This document shows positions 40,618 through 51,015 of a stretch of 64,000 bases of DNA, in pieces. How positions within the stretch are numbered: the first letter of the stretch is position 1; each line of letters starts with the position of its first letter. Below the pieces are notes generated by a model. That model ran no database searches, was not told where the DNA came from, and was given only the letters and a program-made list of their open reading frames with translations. The DNA is taken from assembly GCA_964538015.1 (NCBI GenBank), contig CAZIDQ010000001.1, positions 6,330 through 70,329 of the forward strand. Reading direction: 5' to 3'. A program made the translations under genes and the position numbers. Source of the DNA: an uncultured Marinosulfonomonas sp. Lineage in GTDB: Bacteria > Pseudomonadota > Alphaproteobacteria > Rhodobacterales > Rhodobacteraceae.

Positions 40618-42366
40618 TTAGCGACTGTTTTGTGTTTTCCTAGTAGGAACAACGAGCCATTTTGCGCCAGATATAACCCTGGTGCTTTTGCGTTCAGTTG
40701 TGACGTCAACGATCCTTTGCTGAATTTGCCCAACGCCTTGGCTGCCACCTAGAACAGTTTCCTCTCGGATCGGCGCGGTGCCATGAGCGTGGATTTGGAC
40801 AGTTGGTTGCCTCCTAGGAGTGTTATCAATAGCACTGTTTTGGTCTGTCTGTCGTTTGATTGGAACAATGCTTTGGCTGCTGCGTCTTTCCGTCTGGCGT
40901 CTGATTGGTATTATGGCCAGAGTACTACCTTGTTCCGCGTGCTGTTCTACCGGCATTGCGCCAGAGCTTCCATTGTTGATGACCTCGCGTTTCATTGGCA
41001 TGCTGCCTTGAGTTTGGTGTGAAACCTCATTGGGTGTGTTTCCGCCAGCATTCGGGGTTCCTCCGAACTCGAATGCTCCTTTATCGGGCCCGTTGCCAAC
41101 GGGTCGCGCGCTGCCTTCAATATCATGTGAGGGTGAAAAGTTGCTGTTCGCAGTATCGATGAACCCGCTGTTCTCTGTCGGATGGTAGTCGCGTGCTTGG
41201 ATATCTTTGAAAGCGCCCTCTGGATCAAAAATTACCGAGTTGTCGCTAAAGACAATGTTGTGGGCCGCATTACTTGCTCCAACAAATTTCATTGCCACAT
41301 TGTTTGCCACCAGCACATTTTCAGAAGGCGTTCCATCCTTGTGATTAAAGACACCAATCCACGGGGCTTTGCCAACAATCCCGCGGTTATTGACGACCGT
41401 GTTGTTTACGATAACCACATTCCGACCACCATAAACTGAAATGCCATGAAATTGGCTAACCGATACAAGGTTATTGCGAATAGTAAGATTTTCATAGAAC
41501 CCGTCGAACAATCCAATACCCTGTTCCTCGCAGCGAAGTGGGTGGTTCTCATCAGCCGCCCACTCGATGAACGAGTTGCCTTCAATAACCAATCCTTTGA
41601 CGCTTGCATTTGCGACGCCTTTTGGCGCCCAAGATTGGAAACCATCGTCATGGTTGTTGCTTACTTCCATGCAATTCAGAAGTTTGTTACCGCGGAAAAT
41701 GCTTCGTTCACCAAATCCACGCATTCCATCCGCAGCATACCCCTCAATTGTGTTCCCGACAACGAGAGCATCGTTGCCTGTGGTGGTGATTCCTGCACCA
41801 ACAGCAGTTAAGCTGTTGTTCCTGACGATACTGTTTGCTCCGCTTAAGCGGATTCCGTTGGGAATATTAGCCCAAGCGCCTAGCCCCCAAGACAGGTAAT
41901 TTTGGGAATTTTTACCAGCCCCACGTATAACCAGATTTTCCAAAGTGATATTGGAAGATGACGGGTGGCTATAAACCATTTCACTGTCAGCGTTTGCGGC
42001 ATTGCTCAGCCAGATACTTAAATTCTTGAAAGTTAGGTTCCCGACGTTGCGACCAATATTGATACGCTCGAAGTGGGCAAGCTTTCCGTTCAGGGACTGA
42101 ATAATTATAGGCGTGTCGAAGCTTTCCCCGCTTATTTTTAGAATTCCAAAATCCCCGTCCAGTAACAAGAGCGTATCACCGCCGACAACTGTTCCGCTAC
42201 TGATTGCATCACCGATTGAAAGCCAGGGATGGGTCTCGCTGCCGTCAGGCGTGCCGCTTGGTGCTGTGCCCAAAGGAGCGACGTAATACTCTGTGGCGGC
42301 CTGCGCGCGCGGCGCCGCAACGGCTGCCAAAATGGCAAACGCAAACATCAAGAAACGTAGTTTCAT
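40618..42366 (-). CDS. Secreted right-handed parallel beta-helix protein (pectin-lyase-like fold) with low-complexity C-terminal tail
   Basis: Signal peptide ending AQA, YYVAP, Asn-rich repeats, HDDGFQS and PDKGAFE (choice-of-anchor-Q-like). Confidence 0.8.
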   Translation of the reverse strand: MKLRFLMFAFAILAAVAAPRAQAATEYYVAPLGTAPSGTPDGSETHPWLSIGDAISSGTVVGGDTLLLLDGDFGILKISGESFDTPIIIQSLNGKLAHFERINIGRNVGNLTFKNLSIWLSNAANADSEMVYSHPSSSNITLENLVIRGAGKNSQNYLSWGLGAWANIPNGIRLSGANSIVRNNSLTAVGAGITTTGNDALVVGNTIEGYAADGMRGFGERSIFRGNKLLNCMEVSNNHDDGFQSWAPKGVANASVKGLVIEGNSFIEWAADENHPLRCEEQGIGLFDGFYENLTIRNNLVSVSQFHGISVYGGRNVVIVNNTVVNNRGIVGKAPWIGVFNHKDGTPSENVLVANNVAMKFVGASNAAHNIVFSDNSVIFDPEGAFKDIQARDYHPTENSGFIDTANSNFSPSHDIEGSARPVGNGPDKGAFEFGGTPNAGGNTPNEVSHQTQGSMPMKREVINNGSSGAMPVEQHAEQGSTLAIIPIRRQTERRSSQSIVPIKRQTDQNSAIDNTPRRQPTVQIHAHGTAPIREETVLGGSQGVGQIQQRIVDVTTERKSTRVISGAKWLVVPTRKTQNSR

Positions 42367-42902
42367 CGTGTGTTCTCCAAACAATATTAGCCCTTTTTGC
42401 GGCATTGTTCCCAAAACCAAAACAAAATGGTGCGGCACTGAAATGACCGTATTACGTCAGAATTTTGGCAAGCCCTGTGAGTTTTCCCTATTTTATATAC
42501 ACCAACGCAATCTGGATGCGACCAGCCTAAGCGGATTTTGGCCACCACGCTTGTTGTTGGCAAAACCGCCGCCCCGGCAACCCCGGAGGGCAACGACAAC
42601 GATGTTGAATTCCACCTATTGTTTTCCGATTGCGGACAATAGCGTGGAAATGAATCTCAGGATTAATAAAAAATAGGCGATAACAGTGTGTTACAATCTT
42701 TTTGTTAAAACTTTATTGTCACCATATTTGAAAAGTGTTATAAATATGGCGGAGATTTTATTTAACTCCAAAGTACTACCAAAGGCGGAACATATCGCCG
42801 AAAATCAATCTGGCAGTGAGCGTTGCAGGACGCAAACTATAATTCGTTTTAGGTCGGGACTTATGACCAATTTACATAAACTTTATATAAAAGAGTTATC
42901 AA

Positions 42903-43595
42903 ATGACTGCCCATTATACAGATCTAATTGACCCCCCCAACGCGAAAAGCGTGCCGGTTTCGGTAAAAACATACGATTTTGGCGAAGAGGGATTCTATGC
43001 TGCATATTTTAAGCGGCTGCTTGATATCCTGTTCGTTCTGGTTTCTCTGCCCATCGTTTTGCCCGTCATGATTGTGATGTCGATTGTTGTCGGCATTGAT
43101 GGCGGTCTGCCTTTTTATACGCAGAAACGAATCGGTCGGAATGGTCGGATTTTCACAATGTGGAAGTTGCGCACCATGGTGCCGGACGCAGAAGACAAAC
43201 TGCAGGGGTATCTGGAAACCAACAGCGCGGCCCGTCGCGAATGGGATTGCACCCAGAAGCTGAAGGACGATCCTCGCATCACAAGCATCGGCCGGATTCT
43301 ACGCAAAACCTCGATGGATGAACTGCCGCAGCTTTGGAACGTGCTTACGGGCGATATGAGCCTGATTGGCCCGCGTCCAATGATGCCTGAACAAAGAAAC
43401 CTGTATCCGGGGCCGGTCTATTTTGGCACACGCCCTGGCATCACCGGGCTTTGGCAGGTTTCGGACCGCAATGAGTGTTCCTTTGCATCGCGTGCTTCGT
43501 TCGATCACAGCTACAGACAAGACCTATCTTTTTCGGCAGATATGAATATTCTGCAACAGACGGTTTTTGTTGTGCTGCGCGGAACCGGTTACTGA
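42903..43595 (+). CDS. Priming sugar-phosphate transferase (ExoY/WbaP C-terminal type)
   Basis: KRLLDI, KLRTM, DDPRIT..G..LRKTSMDELPQLWNV, GPRP and RPGITGLWQVS motifs. Confidence 0.93.
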   Translation: MTAHYTDLIDPPNAKSVPVSVKTYDFGEEGFYAAYFKRLLDILFVLVSLPIVLPVMIVMSIVVGIDGGLPFYTQKRIGRNGRIFTMWKLRTMVPDAEDKLQGYLETNSAARREWDCTQKLKDDPRITSIGRILRKTSMDELPQLWNVLTGDMSLIGPRPMMPEQRNLYPGPVYFGTRPGITGLWQVSDRNECSFASRASFDHSYRQDLSFSADMNILQQTVFVVLRGTGY

Positions 43596-43686
43596 CGCTG
43601 TTTTTGATCCGGCAGGTTCAGGAATAGATTTTGAACCGCGGCGATACGCAGCTATTTTATGCGCCATTCGGAACAGAGGCATTTAG

Positions 43687-46113
43687 ATGATTATCAACCA
43701 ATTGCGCCGCCCGCTAATTCTGCTGTTTTGCGCGTTTCTAACCCTTTCTGCATGTGAAAGCGCAGAGGAGCGGGCCGAGAGGTTCTATCAATCCGGCTTG
43801 GCGTTGTTGGAAGAGGGGGACGTTCCCCGTGCATTGGTCGAGTTTCGCAATGTATTCAAGCTGAACGGCAAGCACCGTGGTGCCCGCCAAACCTATGCCC
43901 GAATCCAGCGTAAAAATGGCAGCATGTCCGAAGCCTATGGCCAATACCTGCGGCTGGTTGAACAATACCCGGAGGATCTGGAGGGGCAGCGTGCCTTGGC
44001 CGAGATGGCGTTTGATCAAGGTAATTGGGAAGAGGTTGAACGACACACGATAGCGGGGATTGAAATAGCCCCCGACGATCCTGCTTTGCAAATCCTGAAC
44101 ACTGTATTGGCTTATCGTCAGGCCAAGCTGGATAAAAACCGGCGCGGCTGGGTTGTTGCCATCGAGAAGTTGCGCGGATTGCTAAAGGTCGTGCCGGATA
44201 GCCAGATTGGTTACCAGATTCTGATCGGACATCTGATGGGTGGGCCAAAGCCCCTTGATGCATTATCTGAAATTGAAACAGCGCTGAAACCGGACGAAAA
44301 CAATTTCAGGCTGCAGACTGCCAAATTGCAGCTTCTTAATCTGCAAGACGATAGACCCGCCGTAGAAGAACAGCTGAAAAAGATGCAGCGCCTGTTTCCT
44401 GATAACCAGATGGTGCAGGGAACCATGCTCAAGTGGTATACCGATCTGGGCCGGACGGATGACGCCGAAGCGTTCCTGCGGGAACTGGCCGAGGAGTCTG
44501 GAAAACCGGCCGAAAAGATGGCCGTTGTCCGCTTCATTCGCGCCACGCGCGGGAACGAGGCTGCACTGGAAGAGTTGAACAAGCTGATTGCGGGAAACCC
44601 GGACAACAATGTGATGAAGTCGCTGCGTGCCGCGCTTAGCTTTGACATGGGGCAACGCGACGAAGCCCTGACCGAATTTGCAACCATTCTGGAAAACGCG
44701 CCATCCTCGGAGGATACGCGCGGTATCAAGATTGCCTATGCCCATGCGTTGTCGGCCACAGGGAATAATATTGGCGCGCGGGCACAAGTCGAAGAAATTC
44801 TGGCCGAAGACCAAAGCAATGTCGCAGCGTTGAAATTGCGGGCAGGGTGGCTGATCGAGGATGACAAGCCTGGCGATGCGATTCTGGCCCTTCGCGAGGC
44901 ATTAAATCAGGCGCCGCGTGATCCAGAGATCCTGACATTGATGGCAAACGCGCATATGCGTGATGGCAGCCGCGAACTTGCGGGCGAACGTTTGTCGCTG
45001 GCAGTCGAGGTATCGCAACGCGCACCGGCAGAATCCCTGCGGTATGCCAAATTCCTGATTGGCGAGGAACGGCTGCTTGCGGCTGAATCAGTTTTGATTG
45101 ATGCGCTGCGCCTATCCAAAGAGCATCTTGGGCTGCTTGATGCGCTGTCACAGCTTTACATCCGCATGGATGATCGTCCACGGGCCCACGGGGTTCTGAA
45201 ACGTCTGCGGAGTCTCGGAACGCCGGATGCGACCCGTATTGCGGATCGGTTGCAAACCCGTTTGTTGTTGGAGCAGGGCCAATCCGAAGACGCGATTTCG
45301 TTTCTGGAAGGTCTGGTAGACAAGGACGAAAATGCCATTGACGCAAAAGCAATTATCGTTCGGACATTTGTTGCGTCTGGCGAAACCGAAAAAGCAGCGC
45401 AATATCTGGACGAGCAATTGGTTTCCGCACCCGACGACAAGGTTCTGCTTTTGCTAAGGGCTGGCATTCATGTCATTTCCGGCAAGCTGGATGCAGGCGA
45501 AGCGATATACCGCAAGATGATCGAAGAAAACCCCGGTCTGGAAACGCCGGTATTAATTATGCACCGCATCCTGATTGGGAGCGATCGAGGTGAAGAAGCC
45601 AAAACAGTGTTGAATGATGCGTTAAAGGTAAATCCAAATTCGATGCGTATGAACCTTCTGAATGCGCAGATGCTGGAACGCGCAGGCGATATTGACGGTG
45701 CGATTGCTGTATATGAACATCTTTACGGGCTGGACCCGAACAGTCCGGTTCTGGCCAATAACCTTGCCAGTATGATCACGTCGCATCGGGATGATGATGC
45801 CAGCCTGCAGCGTGCTTATGCCATTGCCCGCCGGCTGCGCGGCACCACGGTTCCGGCGTTTCAGGATACATATGGCTGGATCGAATACCGTCGTGGCAAT
45901 TTTGACGAGGCCCTGACCTATCTTGAACCGGCTGCAAAAGGGTTGGCAAAAGATCCGTTGGCCCAGTTCCATCTGGGGATGGCCTATCTGGCGCTTGATA
46001 AAAAGGACGAGGCCCGCCAAACGCTTGAACACGCGCTTGAAATGGCGGGCGACAGCCCGTTGCCACAGTTCCAGACCGCCCGCGAGGCATTGGCCAAGGC
46101 CATTGATAAGTAA
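43687..46113 (+). CDS. TPR-repeat lipoprotein (PrsT-like)
   Basis: Lipobox LSAC, many TPR-like helices, ANNLA and DTYGWI motifs; directly upstream of the exosortase. Confidence 0.85.
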   Translation: MIINQLRRPLILLFCAFLTLSACESAEERAERFYQSGLALLEEGDVPRALVEFRNVFKLNGKHRGARQTYARIQRKNGSMSEAYGQYLRLVEQYPEDLEGQRALAEMAFDQGNWEEVERHTIAGIEIAPDDPALQILNTVLAYRQAKLDKNRRGWVVAIEKLRGLLKVVPDSQIGYQILIGHLMGGPKPLDALSEIETALKPDENNFRLQTAKLQLLNLQDDRPAVEEQLKKMQRLFPDNQMVQGTMLKWYTDLGRTDDAEAFLRELAEESGKPAEKMAVVRFIRATRGNEAALEELNKLIAGNPDNNVMKSLRAALSFDMGQRDEALTEFATILENAPSSEDTRGIKIAYAHALSATGNNIGARAQVEEILAEDQSNVAALKLRAGWLIEDDKPGDAILALREALNQAPRDPEILTLMANAHMRDGSRELAGERLSLAVEVSQRAPAESLRYAKFLIGEERLLAAESVLIDALRLSKEHLGLLDALSQLYIRMDDRPRAHGVLKRLRSLGTPDATRIADRLQTRLLLEQGQSEDAISFLEGLVDKDENAIDAKAIIVRTFVASGETEKAAQYLDEQLVSAPDDKVLLLLRAGIHVISGKLDAGEAIYRKMIEENPGLETPVLIMHRILIGSDRGEEAKTVLNDALKVNPNSMRMNLLNAQMLERAGDIDGAIAVYEHLYGLDPNSPVLANNLASMITSHRDDDASLQRAYAIARRLRGTTVPAFQDTYGWIEYRRGNFDEALTYLEPAAKGLAKDPLAQFHLGMAYLALDKKDEARQTLEHALEMAGDSPLPQFQTAREALAKAIDK

Positions 46114-46246
46114 AGGGCGCGCAAACCTGTTCTAAACTCTTTGTGACCAACCAATCGAGAGTCGCTTTTAATAGTAAAGCGATATAAAACTTGTAGGGGC
46201 AGGGGGATATTACCACCTTGCCAAGCGACTATTTCAGGGTTCTTAA

Positions 46247-47848
46247 ATGACTTTTGCTGCACAAAAACCTTTCTTGCCACGAACCAGTGTGTCGTTCAAT
46301 CTGGGCGGGGTTTTCTGGTTTTTTGTTCTGATCGGCGCCGCATTACCAATTTACTGGATCGGATTTGAATCCCTCGCAGCAGCATGGATCACACCCGAGT
46401 ACAGCCACGGCCCGCTGATCCCGCTGATTTCTCTATACCTTTTCCTGCGGGAATTGCGCTATGCTCCGCCTGCCCCGGCGGGGACACCGGCGAAACGCTG
46501 GCCGGGGATCACATTGATTATGGCGGCGCTGACGCTGGGGATCATGGGCAATCTGGTCAAAATCCCCGACATTGTTACCTACGCCTTTATCTTCTGGGTT
46601 GGCGGTATCATGTTGACCGGCTTTGGCTGGGAACAGGGTCGTCGACACTGGGCGCCGGTGTTGCATCTGGTTTTTATGCTGCCCTTGCCGCAGTTCGTTT
46701 ACTGGAAGCTGACCATTTTTCTTCAGCTGGTTTCATCCGAACTGGGCGTGTGGTTTGTCGCGCTTGCCGGTGTGCCGGTGTTTCTGGAAGGCAATGTTAT
46801 TGATCTGGGTGTTTACAAATTGCAGGTGGCCGAGGCCTGTTCCGGCCTAAGGTATCTTTTCCCGATCCTCAGTTTTTCCTACCTCTTTTCGATTCTGTAT
46901 CGCGGCCCGATTTGGCACAAGGCGGTTTTACTGCTGTTGGCGGCCCCCCTGACGGTGTTTATGAACAGTGTACGGATCGGGATCATCGGCATTCTGGTTA
47001 ATAGTTACGGCATCGAGCAGGCCGAAGGGTTTTTGCATTTCTTTGAGGGCTGGGTCATTTTCGGCGCCTGTATTTCGATCCTGTTCATTGTTGCGATCCT
47101 GTTGCAGCGTTTGACACCCAATCCGAAAACCCTGTCGGAAACTATTGATCTGGATTTCGAGGGGTTGGGTGCACAGGCATCACGCGTCATCGGGATTGTT
47201 ACCTCGAAAGGTCTGGTCATTGCGGCGTTTTTGTCGGTTCTGGTAGGGGCAGCATTTGTTTTTGCCCCATCACCGGACCGCGTGGATGTAAGCCGCGATC
47301 CATTCCTGCTGTTCCCGATGAATGTCGAGGACTGGTCAGGCTTTGACAGTCGGTTAGAGCCGGGTATCGAAAAGGTTCTGGGCGCGGATGACTATATCAA
47401 TGCCACATACGCGCGGGTTGGCGAGCCATCCTACGTCAATTTTTTTGCCGCCTATTATGACAAGCAAACCGAAGGCGACGGCATCCATTCGCCCGAAGTC
47501 TGTCTGCCGGTTGGCGGTTGGGAAGTGTATTCGATTGATCCGCATCAGGTTGATATGACCGGTACGCCCTATGGTAAATTCATGGTCAATCGGGCCATAA
47601 TTCAAAAGGGGCTGTCAAAGCAGATCGTTTATTACTGGTTTGAACAGCGTGGTAAACGATTGACCAACGACTATCTGGCCAAGGCAAATGTGGTTTGGGA
47701 CAGCCTGACAATTGGCCGGACCGACGGGGCGCTGGTGCGCTTTGTTACGCCGGTGGCCGAGAACGAAACCGTTGATCAGGCTGAAAAACGCATGTTGGGC
47801 TTTATGCGGATTACATTGGGCCGTTTGCCGCGCTTCATCCCCGAATAG
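46247..47848 (+). CDS. xrtD: VPLPA-CTERM-specific exosortase with C-terminal EpsI domain
   Basis: [18 protein letters not shown] (catalytic Cys), NSVRI (Arg), LHFFEG (His) and IHSPEVCLP (EpsI); VPLPA-CTERM gene in the same locus. Confidence 0.92.
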   Translation: MTFAAQKPFLPRTSVSFNLGGVFWFFVLIGAALPIYWIGFESLAAAWITPEYSHGPLIPLISLYLFLRELRYAPPAPAGTPAKRWPGITLIMAALTLGIMGNLVKIPDIVTYAFIFWVGGIMLTGFGWEQGRRHWAPVLHLVFMLPLPQFVYWKLTIFLQLVSSELGVWFVALAGVPVFLEGNVIDLGVYKLQVAEACSGLRYLFPILSFSYLFSILYRGPIWHKAVLLLLAAPLTVFMNSVRIGIIGILVNSYGIEQAEGFLHFFEGWVIFGACISILFIVAILLQRLTPNPKTLSETIDLDFEGLGAQASRVIGIVTSKGLVIAAFLSVLVGAAFVFAPSPDRVDVSRDPFLLFPMNVEDWSGFDSRLEPGIEKVLGADDYINATYARVGEPSYVNFFAAYYDKQTEGDGIHSPEVCLPVGGWEVYSIDPHQVDMTGTPYGKFMVNRAIIQKGLSKQIVYYWFEQRGKRLTNDYLAKANVVWDSLTIGRTDGALVRFVTPVAENETVDQAEKRMLGFMRITLGRLPRFIPE

Positions 47849-47896
47849 CACAGGTTTGGGGTTTACCCCGCAAGGATCAGCCGCCAGAATTGACGA

Positions 47897-48544
47897 ATGA
47901 AACCTGTCTTCCCGCGCTTTGGCGGGTCATTTGAAATGCCGCGACTTCTGTTGGGGCTTGCTGTTCTCACAGCCTTGCCCGAACTTGTGCTGGTTGCAGC
48001 GGATTTCGGGCTGATCGGGACGGGCTATTGGCGTAGTCTGGCCTATCAGAATGGCGCGTTCTGGGCGGGGTTGCTGCACAACTGGCGGCCCAATTACGCA
48101 GCCCAACCCTACGCCATGTTTATCACTTATGCATTTTTGCACAGCGGGATGTTACACTTGGTCACCAATCTGGTGATCCTGCAGGGGCTGGGGACGGCTG
48201 TATGGCGGCGCAGCGGTAACATCGGGTTTCTGGTGCAGTATTTCGCGGCAATTCTGGGCGGGGCACTGGTCTTTGGCCTGTTGTCAAACAGTCCACGGCC
48301 GATGGTCGGGGCGTCAGGCGGGCTGTTCGGCTTGGTTGGAGTCTGGCTGTATTTGAACCTGATTGAGCGTCGTGCCAAAGGTCGGCCGGTTTGGCCCGTG
48401 TTTGGCATGATAGCGGGGCTGGTTGTTTTGAACGCCCTGTCATGGGTGCTGCAAAGCGGCACGTTGGCATGGGAGACCCATCTGGGCGGATTTATCGCCG
48501 GATGGGCCAGTGCCATGATTGTACAGCGTGTCAGGCGCGATTAG
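47897..48544 (+). CDS. Rhomboid-family intramembrane serine protease
   Basis: AFLHSGMLHLVTN, VGASGG (catalytic Ser) and ETHLGGFIAG (catalytic His); about 6 TM. Confidence 0.9.
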   Translation: MKPVFPRFGGSFEMPRLLLGLAVLTALPELVLVAADFGLIGTGYWRSLAYQNGAFWAGLLHNWRPNYAAQPYAMFITYAFLHSGMLHLVTNLVILQGLGTAVWRRSGNIGFLVQYFAAILGGALVFGLLSNSPRPMVGASGGLFGLVGVWLYLNLIERRAKGRPVWPVFGMIAGLVVLNALSWVLQSGTLAWETHLGGFIAGWASAMIVQRVRRD

Positions 48545-49416
48545 CTTTCCGGCCCGAAGTATTCCTCGACCAAATCACGAGTCGAGACGATATTCCGGCG
48601 GCTCGAGGCTCCGAATACGATTGCTTCCAGATTTGGCAGTTTTGACAACCACTCGATCGCCTCGCGGGGGGGGATGGCGCCGGATGCAAAGATCGACATC
48701 GCAATGGCGCGCAATTTACCGGTGCGCAGGGTTTCTTCGTATGCATCCAACCCGCCACAGGTGCGAAACCCGATTTTGTTGATGTTGGAACAAATGATCG
48801 GGTTTTCAATGCCGGCCTCGGTTAGGGCCTTGTACAATGCGGGCATGTTCATGGTGATGAACCCCGGCTCGGCATTGTATTTTTCGCGGATGTGGTCGTG
48901 GAACACTTTCAGGACATCGGCCATGCCCATACCCAAAATCAGGTCGACAATCACGTTTTGCATAAAAATTACCGGCGTATTCAGTCCGCGGAACATTTTC
49001 ATTTCGGCGTCGATCAGAATGCGCAGCATTCCGTTGATGTCTTTGCCCGCAAGCGATGTCGCACCCTTGAACGCGGTTTTGATCAAACCGTCATCGGGCA
49101 TGAAATGCAGCAATGCGCCGACCATGCCGTGATCGGTGACCGCGTTTGCGTATTTATGGGCGTAGGGCATACAGGGGTAAAACTGGAAATCCTGATAGCG
49201 ATCCGGATTGGCGCGCATGTGGTCGCAAACGTCAGCGATACGGTCATGCGTGGTGCACATAAAGGTGCGCACCCCTTCGTCATAGGCCGAATCCAGAACG
49301 TCGATCACGGCGGACAGATCCTGAAAACGCATGGCTTGTGTGCGGGCTTTTTCTTCGGACATGTGGTTGATGCCGAAGAACTGGTTGTCACCAAATAGTA
49401 AGCGGTCAAGTGTCAT
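48541..49416 (-). CDS. Hypothetical enzyme, possibly aldo/keto-reductase-like TIM barrel
   Basis: Long ORF with GDNQFFGINH start, PGFITMN, AMSIFASGAI and IVFGAS; last gene of the pssDE-oxidoreductase operon. Confidence 0.65.
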   Translation of the reverse strand: MTLDRLLFGDNQFFGINHMSEEKARTQAMRFQDLSAVIDVLDSAYDEGVRTFMCTTHDRIADVCDHMRANPDRYQDFQFYPCMPYAHKYANAVTDHGMVGALLHFMPDDGLIKTAFKGATSLAGKDINGMLRILIDAEMKMFRGLNTPVIFMQNVIVDLILGMGMADVLKVFHDHIREKYNAEPGFITMNMPALYKALTEAGIENPIICSNINKIGFRTCGGLDAYEETLRTGKLRAIAMSIFASGAIPPREAIEWLSKLPNLEAIVFGASSRRNIVSTRDLVEEYFGPES

Positions 49417-49432
49417 TGGGAAATCCTGTCTT

Positions 49433-50527
49433 TCAGCGTCCGAACCAATTGCGTTTCTTTGAAACAACGGGGGTGGCACGTGATCGTGTCGGCGCGTTGT
49501 CCCTATCGGCAATCAGCATGGAAATTGTTTTGTCGGTTTGTGTGGCGGTGGCAAAGGAATTTGTCGTGCCGCCCTGATCCGCCAGAATGGCGGCGACGAA
49601 ATCGTCGATCTGGGCCGAGTATTCTTCGCCACGCAAATAGAACTCTACTTCTTTGGTCAGATCGGTGGTGTAGCGCACGTTCCAGCCCGCGTGGTAATCG
49701 GGCAGTGTTTCTGCGGGTTCGCGCAGATACAACTGGCATTCCTGACGGTCCGCAAACAGGCGGCCATTGGTACCGGTCATGGATATCTTGGTCGACATTT
49801 TGCGATAGCTTTCGTCGGACCAGTTAACCGACAGATGCGCTGACATGCCGTTGTCCCAGCTTAGGGTCGAATAGACTTCGTCATCGGTACTGGCCGAAAA
49901 GATCGAATTCAGCACAGTGCCGGATGCGCCTGACGGCTCCCCGAAATACCAGTTCAGCAGGTTGATCGGGTGGGCTGCATAATCATACAGACAGCCGCCG
50001 CCCTCGTTGCTATCGGTACGCCATGTGGTGCCTTTGGGGCGTAACACGACGGGGCCATAGGCTTCGGCCAGAACATGGGTTATTTCACCCAAGGCACCAC
50101 TGTCGATGATGCGTTTCATTTCCTGAAAGGCACCGACATAGCGGTAATGATACCCCACTTGCGAAATCAGCCCTTTGTCGGCGGCAAGGTTGGTCAGTTC
50201 CTCGGCCTCGCGCCAATCCAGACAAAAGGGTTTTTCGCAGAATACATGCAGCCCTTTTTCCAGCGCCTTGCGTACCATTGGGGCGTGCATACGGGATGGG
50301 GTGGCGATGATGACTGCATCCAGATCACCCTGATCCAGCATATCATCGAAATCCTTAAAGGTCGGACGGCCGGAATATTTGCCGATGATATCGAGCAAAT
50401 AGCCCGAAGCATCGCAGATGGTCACGTCGGTTTGCGGGTGGGCATTGGCGATGGAAAAATGTGAGACCCCCATTTTGCCCAGCCCGACAATTCCCAGCCG
50501 CACCTTATCGCTGTTTGTTTTGTTCAT
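49433..50527 (-). CDS. Gfo/Idh/MocA family NAD(P)-dependent oxidoreductase
   Basis: GLGKMG, IATP, HVFCEKP and GGGCLYDYAAH motifs. Confidence 0.92.
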   Translation of the reverse strand: MNKTNSDKVRLGIVGLGKMGVSHFSIANAHPQTDVTICDASGYLLDIIGKYSGRPTFKDFDDMLDQGDLDAVIIATPSRMHAPMVRKALEKGLHVFCEKPFCLDWREAEELTNLAADKGLISQVGYHYRYVGAFQEMKRIIDSGALGEITHVLAEAYGPVVLRPKGTTWRTDSNEGGGCLYDYAAHPINLLNWYFGEPSGASGTVLNSIFSASTDDEVYSTLSWDNGMSAHLSVNWSDESYRKMSTKISMTGTNGRLFADRQECQLYLREPAETLPDYHAGWNVRYTTDLTKEVEFYLRGEEYSAQIDDFVAAILADQGGTTNSFATATQTDKTISMLIADRDNAPTRSRATPVVSKKRNWFGR

Positions 50528-51015
50528 CGCATAAAATCCAAAATTGCTGTTCGTATTTGGTTTGTAAAAGCAGGGTCTGCCTTATCGGAAACCCGGTCTG
50601 TGCCGTCTTTGCCCGCTTGCAGGGCTGTCTGGATCGTTCCGGGTAAATCTGCGTCGGTGTCGGCCAGAAAAATCCCCGGTTTGTCGCGCAGCCAGTTGGC
50701 CGTGGCGATCTGGTGGTCCGATGTGTGTTCGCCCCATGCATGGATGCGCGGCAGCAGGACCAATGGTGTACCCAGTTGTCCGGCGTTGATCACGGTGCCC
50801 ATACCGGCATGGGCGACAATCACTTGCGCCTTGGCCATCGTATCGGCGAAATCGGATTGTGACAGCTTGCGCACATAGTCCATGTTGGCCGGAATGTAGT
50901 CCCCGTTGCCAATCTGGGCGAATACATCATCACGCCCGTTGTCATTTGCCCAGCTGTCCATTTCACGGATCAGCCGGTCAAACGGAAACATCGAGCCGAT
51001 GGTCACGAAAATCAT
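50524..51015 (-). CDS. PssE/CpsG-like glycosyltransferase subunit (GT28 C-terminal, Alg13-like)
   Basis: MIFVTIG..PFDRL, QIG, AHAGMGT and GEHTSDHQ motifs. Confidence 0.88.
   Translation of the reverse strand: MIFVTIGSMFPFDRLIREMDSWANDNGRDDVFAQIGNGDYIPANMDYVRKLSQSDFADTMAKAQVIVAHAGMGTVINAGQLGTPLVLLPRIHAWGEHTSDHQIATANWLRDKPGIFLADTDADLPGTIQTALQAGKDGTDRVSDKADPAFTNQIRTAILDFMR

Noticed and set aside
42440-42902. Sigma-54 promoter or CtrA box in the AT-rich divergent EPS promoter region (also checked 36100-36365)
   Set aside because: No good match to TGGCAC-N5-TTGC or TTAA-N7-TTAA found by eye.
47897-48544. Calling the rhomboid a rhombosortase
   Set aside because: Subfamily cannot be assigned by eye, and no separate GlyGly-CTERM protein is present in the window.
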